A DNA stretch of 13,626 bases from a bacterium (lineage in GTDB: Bacteria > SZUA-182 > DTGQ01 > JAFGSM01). The translations under genes were made by a program, and so were the position numbers. The DNA lies in the NCBI GenBank assembly GCA_049472355.1, contig JBLIRP010000051.1, positions 1 through 13,626 of the forward strand. Direction: 5' to 3'. The notes beneath the pieces were generated by a model that was given only the letters and a program-made list of their open reading frames with translations, was not told the origin of the DNA and made no database searches. The number at the start of each line of letters is the position of its first letter. The first letter of the stretch is position 1. Below, piece after piece: positions 6,770 through 13,626 of the stretch.

Positions 6770-8274
6770 TGCCCTCCCCGGTACTGTCCCCTGCCATCGT
6801 CATCAGAGGTATTACCCCCCCGGTACTGTCCCCCTTCGTTGCCAAAGGTGGCGCCGGTCACGTCATTGACCCCGTCGCCATCGGCATCCGTGAAGTTGTC
6901 GTTGACCCCGTCATCGTTGTCATCTACAAAGCCGAATCCGTGGCGGTAGCTCTCCTCGGGATTGAGGTCATTGAATCCGTCGCCATCGGCATCCGTGAAC
7001 AGATCATTGATCCCGTCACCATTCTCGTCCTTGAACAGGTCGTTTTTCCCGTCCCCGTTCATATCGCTGAATCCGAAGCGGTCGCTTCCGAAGTTGTATG
7101 CACGTCCGGTGAGATCATTCGTTCCGTCCCCGTCGGCATCGGCGAAGTTATCATTGATGCCGTCGTTGTTCTCATCGCTCCATCCGAATCCATGGGCATA
7201 GGACATCCCCTCGCACGGTTTGCCCATGTCGCATATCCCGTCTCCGTCGGCATCGGCGAAATTGTCGTTGATGCCATCGGCATCCGTATCGACGAAGCCG
7301 AATCGGTATCCATACAACACGCGCCTGCCGGTGAGGTCGTTGATACCGTTACCATCGGCATCGGTGAAACGATCGTTTATACCATCCCTGTTGTGATCCC
7401 TCCATCCAAATCCATGGGCATATATGACGCCGGTCTGGTCACAGATCCCGTCCCCGTCGGCGTCCGAGAACCCGTCATTGATTCCGTCTCCATCCCTGTC
7501 CACAAAACCAAAGGTGTACCCATAGCCAAGGCCGTTGACGTCGTTTATCCCATCCCCGTCTGCGTCCGTGAAGTTGTCGTTCACCCCGTCATTGTTCTCG
7601 TCGGTCCACCCATATCCGTGACAGTATGCCTGACCGGACATATCGCATATCCCGTCCCCGTCGGCGTCGCAGAATGTGTCGTTCACCCCGTCCCCGTCCT
7701 CATCGATCCACCCGAAGGTGTACCCGTCGTAGTGTCGGCAATTCATCTGCCGCTCCTCGTTCTGGGAAAGCATGCCCAGCCGGAGGGTCTGGTTGGGTGA
7801 AAGACGGACGAATTTGCTGGTAATGATGACACCGTCTTTTATGACATTGAGGGTATGGTCCCCGGGGGGACAGGGCTCTATTGCAAAGTTTCCATTGAGG
7901 TCCGGCACCCCGTACCGGTTGGTACGTTCGACCATCACCATGAAGGGGAGATTGGGGATCGTCAGCCCGGTTTCCTCGGGTGGGCCTGGTGTCCCATCCG
8001 GTGGGCCGTTTCCCTCCTCCTGCTCTCCCTGGCCCTCATTGGCTGGTCCCCCTCCGGTACCCGTGGGACCGGGGGTTCCCTGTCTCAGCCTGCTTTTTGC
8101 CATGATCTCTGAGTCCAGTTGACCATATACCGCGGCAGAATTCTGCCCTGCAAGGGTCCCCGCATTTTGTGAAAACGGCTGTAAGGGATCATTGGGGCCG
8201 GTTCCCCCGCACCCCATTACACACAGGATAAAGAGTGCGATCACCACGGACAGCATGATGTATATTCGCTTCAT
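6760..8274 (-). CDS. Putative lipoprotein with a Cna-B/carboxypeptidase-regulatory-like segment and Asp-rich, probably Ca-binding tandem repeats
   Basis: MKR, hydrophobic stretch and VMGC lipobox (Cys22). G/P/E-rich linker, then PDLNGNFAI..CPPGDHTLNV, then repeated DxDxDGxxD loops. AGAGGGGG RBS. Confidence 0.85.
   Translation of the reverse strand: MKRIYIMLSVVIALFILCVMGCGGTGPNDPLQPFSQNAGTLAGQNSAAVYGQLDSEIMAKSRLRQGTPGPTGTGGGPANEGQGEQEEGNGPPDGTPGPPEETGLTIPNLPFMVMVERTNRYGVPDLNGNFAIEPCPPGDHTLNVIKDGVIITSKFVRLSPNQTLRLGMLSQNEERQMNCRHYDGYTFGWIDEDGDGVNDTFCDADGDGICDMSGQAYCHGYGWTDENNDGVNDNFTDADGDGINDVNGLGYGYTFGFVDRDGDGINDGFSDADGDGICDQTGVIYAHGFGWRDHNRDGINDRFTDADGNGINDLTGRRVLYGYRFGFVDTDADGINDNFADADGDGICDMGKPCEGMSYAHGFGWSDENNDGINDNFADADGDGTNDLTGRAYNFGSDRFGFSDMNGDGKNDLFKDENGDGINDLFTDADGDGFNDLNPEESYRHGFGFVDDNDDGVNDNFTDADGDGVNDVTGATFGNEGGQYRGGNTSDDDGRGQYRGGQGA
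6853..7731 (-). repeat. Eight intragenic coding repeats of about 34-45 aa in alternating A/B types
   Basis: Unit consensus Yx(Y/H)x(F/Y)G(W/F)xDx(D/N)xDG(I/V)NDxFxDADGDG(I/V)(C/N)D, read directly from the translation. Confidence 0.9.
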
Positions 8275-8408
8275 GAATACCCCCTCTATGGTAGTAACAG
8301 CGGGTTTTCCCGCATAGCATCAAAGGCCCTCATCTGTGTTGTGACCTTTCTCCCCGGGACATGCAATCAAGCGCAAAAAAACAATCATTCTTAAGAAGAA
8401 GTAATAGA

Positions 8409-8424
8409 AGCAATCTGCGTGCCA
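8409..8424 (-). promoter_or_regulatory. sigma54 -24/-12 promoter of the repeat lipoprotein
   Basis: Minus strand reads TGGCAC-GCAGA-TTGCT, a perfect match to TGGCAC-N5-TTGCW, 135 nt upstream of the ATG. Confidence 0.85.
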
Positions 8425-8713
8425 TATTCACCCTCGGCAGGGGATTTTGAAGGATGTCCGGGGGTGATGGCGAAGATGATCGGGGGCGATATTAAAACTC
8501 ATTATTATTCATATGATTAGATAATGGCTCGGGTATGTTCCGCTGCGTATTGCCTGAATGGAATGGGTGGTGAGCATGAGGAGAGGCAACCCCGGGGGTA
8601 TACGGTTTAAAAAAATCAAGGGTTCTGTGTGCGCATTGGATCAAAAAGGGAACGCCTCATGTTCAAAATGTAACCAATCACCAGGGCAGTGAATCGGTTC
8701 GGCCTTCGTGCGA

Positions 8714-8742
8714 TTGACACCACGCAGGAAACCTCCTATGAT
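8714..8742 (+). promoter_or_regulatory. sigma70-type promoter of the DUF4412-like gene
   Basis: TTGACA-17 nt-TATGAT. Confidence 0.75.
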
Positions 8743-8914
8743 TAGAAGGGGAAAGACAAGTAAGGGAAGGGGGATGCCACGTGCCCTCTTCCGGAATATA
8801 GTGGGCAGTTATATATGCGGGCGCCCGTAGGGTGCGTGCACGATCATGGATGCACCAGGCAACGGGACGGGCTGTTTACGGTGCGCCGGCGTTAATGGCA
8901 AAGGAGGTCCACAG

Positions 8915-9796
8915 ATGCACGCGTATTGGAGAGGCAAAAAGGTGTTGGGGGAAAGGGGGGGGCTCGCAGGGTATGGATGTATATGCCTGCTCACTGGCCT
9001 GTGTCTCCTGTTCCCTGCCCGCTGTCTTGCAGGGGTGGAGGGGTATATGGTGGTCAAGGATAATGAGACCATATTGGATCCCAAAAGCGGCACCGCCATA
9101 TCATGGCAAAACAGGATATGGATTACCGAGGACAAGGTGAGGATCGAAAATTCCCAGGAGAAGGACCGTGTCCTGTTGGTTCATATGGATACCGGAAGGC
9201 TCTATCAGCTCGATACCCAGGAGAAGACGTACAAGACGCTCGAATTTCCTGAGGGGTTGAAGGACCTCTATGGAAAAGGGGAATTGAAGAGCGAGATGAT
9301 GAAAAGGGAGAAGAAGTGCGGCGAATGGGACTGCTATGGGGTTATGGTAAGGACCTCGAATGAGGAGATCTCCTTGACCACGGAGTACTGGCTGACAAAG
9401 CAGGTGGACATCCCCTTTGCCTTGAGGAAGAAGATCGCAAATTACTTCGGGCCCGACCAGGTGAGGCTTACCGAGGAATTGTCGAAATACGAGGGATACC
9501 CCATCGAAACCCTGCTCACCATGAAGGTCAGCGACAAGGAGATCAGGATGGCATCCAAGGTCCTGGAGATAAAGAAGATGGAAATGCCCTCGGAAAAATT
9601 CGAGATCCCTGCCGGTTTTAAGCCCGTTGAGGACGCATTGATAATTCATGATGATCATGTTGTTGGCTCCACCGAAGCACCTGCGGATTCCAAGCCTGTT
9701 GAGGGCGCCTCTACGGATGCACCCGAGGCAGCAAGCGACAAGGACCCGAACGAGGCGCCGCCCGTGGAACCAAAGGAAGGCGCCGCTGGGCAGTAA
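8915..9796 (+). CDS. Exported DUF4412-like protein with an acidic Pro/Ala-rich tail
   Basis: AAGGAGGT RBS before ATG 8915. Signal-like LLTGLCLLFPARCLA, then IWI..DKVRIE, K.GEWDC...EYWLT, GYPI.T and FEIPAGFK, which resemble DUF4412/GLPGLI-type proteins (recognised by eye). Confidence 0.7.
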   Translation: MHAYWRGKKVLGERGGLAGYGCICLLTGLCLLFPARCLAGVEGYMVVKDNETILDPKSGTAISWQNRIWITEDKVRIENSQEKDRVLLVHMDTGRLYQLDTQEKTYKTLEFPEGLKDLYGKGELKSEMMKREKKCGEWDCYGVMVRTSNEEISLTTEYWLTKQVDIPFALRKKIANYFGPDQVRLTEELSKYEGYPIETLLTMKVSDKEIRMASKVLEIKKMEMPSEKFEIPAGFKPVEDALIIHDDHVVGSTEAPADSKPVEGASTDAPEAASDKDPNEAPPVEPKEGAAGQ

Positions 9797-9957
9797 ACGG
9801 AGGGTGCCCTGTCCGGCATGGTGATGAGTGAGTGCATACCACACGAAACGGAAGGCGTCCATGACAGCAATCATGATCCCCTTGAGGACTGGAGGAATTC
9901 AGTGGGCATGCCCGGGGAACATCCGGCAGTAAGGTCAGCACGTGTGAGGTGCCTGTA

Positions 9958-10593
9958 ATGGGAAGGTGGCGACGGCGTTACTATGATCTCTTCTCCCGCA
10001 TCTATGATCTCATCATAAGGCTCCATTCCAAGGATGAGGGCGCGGCCCTGCGGGATTTCCTGGTGACGCGCACGGGCATGGGGAGAGGGGACAGGGTGCT
10101 CGATATATGCACGGGAACCGGATCAGTGGCCCTGGCTGCCCACGCGGCTGTAGCCCCGGAGGGGATGGTGGTGGGCCTTGATTTTTCATTCGGGATGCTG
10201 GGCAAGGCATCCCAAAAGGCCCGGGAAAGGGGACTTTCCAGGATGTTCCTCATAGTGGGGGATGCAGCGGCCATGCCCTTTCGAACTGGCGCCTTCGGAT
10301 GCGTCACCTGCTCGCATGCCATGTACGAACTCCCCTCTGATGCCAGGACGAATGCCCTCGGGGAGGTCCAAAGGGTCCTCGCTGACAGGGGCCGCTTTTT
10401 CATGATGGAACATTGCAAACCCACTGCCCCGTTTATCAGATTTTTCTACTATGTACGCCTTATGTCCATGGGATCTCCGGAGAACCGGCGATTTGCAGAG
10501 GATGAGACCCCGTTCATCGAACGGTTTTTTAGAGAGGTGACCATGGAGCCTTCACCCACCGGAAAATCCAAGCTTATATCGGGCGTAAAATAA
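9958..10593 (+). CDS. Class I SAM-dependent methyltransferase (UbiE/Methyltransf_11-like), substrate unknown
   Basis: VLDICTGTG (motif I), VVGLDFSFGML, GDAAAMPF and E..RVL...GRF. GAGGTG RBS before ATG 9958; alternative GTG at 9949. Confidence 0.85.
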   Translation: MGRWRRRYYDLFSRIYDLIIRLHSKDEGAALRDFLVTRTGMGRGDRVLDICTGTGSVALAAHAAVAPEGMVVGLDFSFGMLGKASQKARERGLSRMFLIVGDAAAMPFRTGAFGCVTCSHAMYELPSDARTNALGEVQRVLADRGRFFMMEHCKPTAPFIRFFYYVRLMSMGSPENRRFAEDETPFIERFFREVTMEPSPTGKSKLISGVK

Positions 10594-10629
10594 CCGCGCG
10601 TGAAACGTCGACATGGAATGCCGAATATC

Positions 10630-10658
10630 TTGCTTTTTGAGGAAAGATGCATTATAAT
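10630..10658 (+). promoter_or_regulatory. sigma70-type promoter of ychF (possibly ychF-fusA)
   Basis: TTGCTT-17 nt-TATAAT, 29 nt before the GTG start. Confidence 0.7.
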
Positions 10659-10687
10659 TGTAATTTCGTGTTGAGAGGAGGAGGCCC

Positions 10688-11725
10688 GTGAACATTGGGA
10701 TCATCGGTCTTCATGGCTCCGGAAAGACCACCATCTTCAATTCCCTGACAGGGCAGATGATGCATGGGGACAGCCCGGCATGTAAAAAAGGGCATGTCCT
10801 GGGCCTGATCAATGTGCCTGATAAGCGGATCGACAGGCTTGCGGAGATCTTTAATCCCAAAAAGAAGACATACGCCCAGATCCGATTTGCGGACTTTCCC
10901 GGATCAGCGAAGGATGAAAAGGGATTCAGCGACCAGACGATCAGGAACCTGCACGATGTCGATGCGCTGGCCTTGGTGCTGAAGGGATTTTCGACCGGCG
11001 TGCCCCCGGCCCCCCTGGAGGAATTACGGGTCATCATGGCGGATATGCTCCTTTCCGATCTCATCTTGGCCGAGAAATCCCTCGAACGGCTGCGAAAGGA
11101 TCGCCGGAATCCGACGTTGCTCGAGATCATGGAAAAAATTCACTGCCACCTCGGCCAGGACCGAAGGCTTGCGCTCCTGGACCGTGAGGTGCGTGAGGAT
11201 CCGTCCATAGCCGGGTACACCTTTGTCACCGGGAAACCGGTGCTGGTGGTTTTGAACATCGGGGAGGAGGGTCCGGCCGGGCTTCCGGTTGAGCAGATAG
11301 AGACGGAATGCAGGGGGCAGGGGTGGAGCCTGCTATCCATCTGCGGCTCCCTGGAAGAGGAGATCGCCCAGCTTGCGCCCGAGGAGCGGGGCGCCTTTCT
11401 TGCCGATCTGGGGGTCGAGGAGCCTGCAAGCGAGCGGTTTATTGCCGCAAGCTATGAACTTCTCGATCTGATCTCCTTTTTTACCGTGGGAGAGGACGAG
11501 GTCAGATCCTGGCCCATACAAAAGGGGACCATTGCGGTGAAGGCTGCGGGCAAGATCCATTCGGATATAGAGCGGGGGTTTATCAGGGCGGAGGTGATCG
11601 GGTATGAGGAGTTCATCAAGTGCGGGGATTTCGCAAACGCCCGCAAAAGGGGCCTTCTGAGGGTGGAAGGGAAGGAATATGCACTGCAGGACGGAGATAT
11701 CATGCATGTCAGGTTCAACGTGTGA
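10688..11725 (+). CDS. ychF: YchF/Ola1-family P-loop NTPase, divergent type
   Basis: IGIIG...SGKTT.FN.LT, VPD.R.D.L..IFNPKK.T.A, and C-terminal TGS/DUF933 LISFFTVGEDEVRSW...AAGKIHSDIERGFIRAEV...EGKEY..QDGD...RFNV. Strong GAGGAGG RBS. Confidence 0.9.
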   Translation: MNIGIIGLHGSGKTTIFNSLTGQMMHGDSPACKKGHVLGLINVPDKRIDRLAEIFNPKKKTYAQIRFADFPGSAKDEKGFSDQTIRNLHDVDALALVLKGFSTGVPPAPLEELRVIMADMLLSDLILAEKSLERLRKDRRNPTLLEIMEKIHCHLGQDRRLALLDREVREDPSIAGYTFVTGKPVLVVLNIGEEGPAGLPVEQIETECRGQGWSLLSICGSLEEEIAQLAPEERGAFLADLGVEEPASERFIAASYELLDLISFFTVGEDEVRSWPIQKGTIAVKAAGKIHSDIERGFIRAEVIGYEEFIKCGDFANARKRGLLRVEGKEYALQDGDIMHVRFNV

Positions 11726-11901
11726 GCGATGGAACACCCGTGGATCTCCGGCCCGGCAAGGGATGAAAAAATCGAGGGATTTCGGATACATTCTTCATGG
11801 GCATTCCGGCGGTCATTGCTCATGAACCCATGGTGCACGAGATGGATGATCACCGTGGAGAAAATGAAACGACTATTATAAATGAAGAGGTATAGCGTGT
11901 T

Positions 11902-13626
11902 ATGACCATTGATGTCCACAGACTGAGAAATATCGGGATCAGCGCCCACATCGATTCCGGCAAGACTACGCTCACCGAGCGTATCCTCTATTATACCAAG
12001 AGAATACACGCCATTCATGACGTCAAGGGGAAGGATGGGGTGGGTGCGACCATGGATTTCATGGATCTCGAGAGGGAGCGCGGCATCACCATCACCTCCG
12101 CAGCAACGTACTGCGAATGGGCGGGTCATTTCATCAATATCATCGATACCCCCGGGCATGTGGATTTCACCATCGAGGTGGAGCGGTCGCTGCGGGTCCT
12201 GGACGGCGCCATCCTGGTGCTCTGTGCAGTGGGAGGGGTGCAATCCCAGTCGATCACCGTGACCCGGCAGATGGAGCGATACCGGGTGCCCAGGATCGCC
12301 TTCATCAATAAATGCGACCGCAGCGGCGCCAATCCCGTTCGGGTGGTCAAGCAGGTGCGGGAGAAATTGCGGCAGAACGCAGTGCTCATGCAGATCCCCA
12401 TCGGCCTGGAGGCCGGGTTTCACGGCGTGGTGGATCTGGTGACCATGGAGGCGATCTATTTTGATGAACCCTCCGGTGAAACCATGAGACGGGAGCCCGT
12501 TCCGGAGGAACTTCTCGAGGAGGCGGAACTGAGAAGAGAGCAAATGCTGGATGCGGTGTCCCTTTTCTCCGACGAACTGACCGAGGCCATCCTTGAGGAG
12601 CGCGTCACCCCGGATTTGATCCATCACGCCGTGAGGGCGGGGACCCTGTCCCTCCGGATCACCCCGGTATTTCTCGGATCCGCTTATAAGAACAAGGGGG
12701 TCCAGCCCTTGCTGGACGGGGTGGTGCACTACCTTGCCTGTCCCCTGAATGTTGAGAACAGGGGGATCGATCTGGACCGCAGCGCAGAGGAGCTGGTGGT
12801 GGCGCCTGATCCGGAGGCCCCATTGGTGGCATTTGCATTCAAACTCGAGGAGGGCCGTTACGGACAATTGACCTATTTGAGGGTCTATCGGGGGAGGCTC
12901 ACCAGGGGAGGGACCATCTTCAACATCCGTACGGGGAATAAACTGAAGGTGGGCAGATTGGCCAGGATGCACGCCGATAAGATGGAGGAGATCGAGGAGT
13001 GCAGCGCAGGAGACATCGTGGCCATGTTCGGCGTCGACTGCGCCTCGGGGGACAGCTTCTCGGACGGGCGGGAAAATATCGTCATGTCGTACATGCATGT
13101 GCCGGATCCGGTCATATCCCTGGCCATCACCCCTCAGGACAACAAGTCCCAGGACCGTCTCAACAAGTCCCTCAATCGGTTCTGCAAGGAGGACCCTACG
13201 TTTCGTGCCCGCTATGACCAGGAGTCCGGCCAAACCATTATATCGGGAATGGGTGAACTCCACCTGGACATCTATATCGAGCGAATGAAGCGGGAGTACG
13301 GGGCGGCCGTTCAGACCGGCATGCCCCAGGTCGCCTACCGGGAGACCATTTCCCAGCCGGCGGAATTCGATTATCTTCACAAGAAGCAGACAGGGGGCGC
13401 AGGCCAGTACGGCAGGGTCCTGGGCAGCATAGAGCCCTATCCGGAAGGCCAATATAATTTTATAAATAGGGTGGTGGGGGGACACATCCCGCATGATTTT
13501 ATCCCCTCATGTGACAAGGGATTCCAGAGTTGTCTGGACAAGGGAAGCCTGATAGGGTTTCCCATTACCAACGTCCAGGTCACCCTGACGGACGGTGCGG
13601 CCCATGCGGTGGATTCCTCCGATATC
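11902..13626 (+). CDS. fusA: Elongation factor G, spdEFG1/mtEFG1-like subtype (3' truncated by window)
   Basis: Manual translation: [32 protein letters not shown]...ERERGITI...DTPGHVDF...NKCD...EDPTF...GMGELHL...PQVAYRE...[11 protein letters not shown]...HAVDSSD. The first and last motifs are in the same frame, spanning 575 codons. Confidence 0.97.
   Translation, partial: MTIDVHRLRNIGISAHIDSGKTTLTERILYYTKRIHAIHDVKGKDGVGATMDFMDLERERGITITSAATYCEWAGHFINIIDTPGHVDFTIEVERSLRVLDGAILVLCAVGGVQSQSITVTRQMERYRVPRIAFINKCDRSGANPVRVVKQVREKLRQNAVLMQIPIGLEAGFHGVVDLVTMEAIYFDEPSGETMRREPVPEELLEEAELRREQMLDAVSLFSDELTEAILEERVTPDLIHHAVRAGTLSLRITPVFLGSAYKNKGVQPLLDGVVHYLACPLNVENRGIDLDRSAEELVVAPDPEAPLVAFAFKLEEGRYGQLTYLRVYRGRLTRGGTIFNIRTGNKLKVGRLARMHADKMEEIEECSAGDIVAMFGVDCASGDSFSDGRENIVMSYMHVPDPVISLAITPQDNKSQDRLNKSLNRFCKEDPTFRARYDQESGQTIISGMGELHLDIYIERMKREYGAAVQTGMPQVAYRETISQPAEFDYLHKKQTGGAGQYGRVLGSIEPYPEGQYNFINRVVGGHIPHDFIPSCDKGFQSCLDKGSLIGFPITNVQVTLTDGAAHAVDSSDI

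Noticed and set aside
6853..7731. DNA-level repeats (e.g. GCCATCGGCATCCGT) as a possible CRISPR array or DGR template
   Set aside because: The copies are degenerate, in frame and protein-coding. There are no unique spacers, cas genes or reverse transcriptase.
6940..7800. 286-aa + strand Val/Ile/Pro-rich repetitive ORF
   Set aside because: Its periodicity and hydrophobicity are the reverse complement of the Asp/Asn/Gly codons of the lipoprotein repeats.
5942..8274. Magnetosome island
   Set aside because: No CxxCH magnetochrome motifs and no core mam genes in the window.
9101..9874. 257-aa minus-strand ORF
   Set aside because: Antisense to the DUF4412-like gene, which has the promoter, RBS and signal peptide.
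9958..10593. Assignment as ubiE/menG
   Set aside because: Only generic class I motifs are present. The UbiE-typical FGLRN and C-terminal YL.ESI motifs are missing and there are no quinone pathway neighbours.
11452..13494. 680-aa minus-strand ORF
   Set aside because: Antisense shadow of fusA and the ychF 3' end. It has no recognisable motifs, while the + strand carries all EF-G signatures.

Overview
Gene-dense, moderately GC-rich bacterial chromosomal window. A Gram-negative, probably deltaproteobacterial (Desulfobacterota-like) origin is inferred from lpxC, the sigma54 promoters and an spdEFG1-type EF-G. In order it carries: the 3' end of topA; a stand-alone lpxC; a convergent arginine-to-spermidine operon (speD, pyruvoyl arginine decarboxylase, speE, speB); a PAS-like/GGDEF diguanylate cyclase; an exported OB-fold-like protein resembling the MamS/MamX-type domain; a small Nfu/NifU-C protein; a 504-aa lipoprotein with eight alternating Asp-rich repeats holding 17 DxxxDG-type loops; a DUF4412-like exported protein; a class I SAM methyltransferase; a divergent YchF; and the 5' part of a fusA outside the str operon (missing from the ORF track because it runs off the window). 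I see no mobile element, CRISPR array, tRNA or rRNA. No clearly novel multi-gene system can be proven from sequence alone. The best leads are the repeat lipoprotein and three near-consensus sigma54 promoters in front of lpxC, the cyclase and the lipoprotein, with candidate IHF or activator sites, hinting at an enhancer-controlled envelope/surface program.
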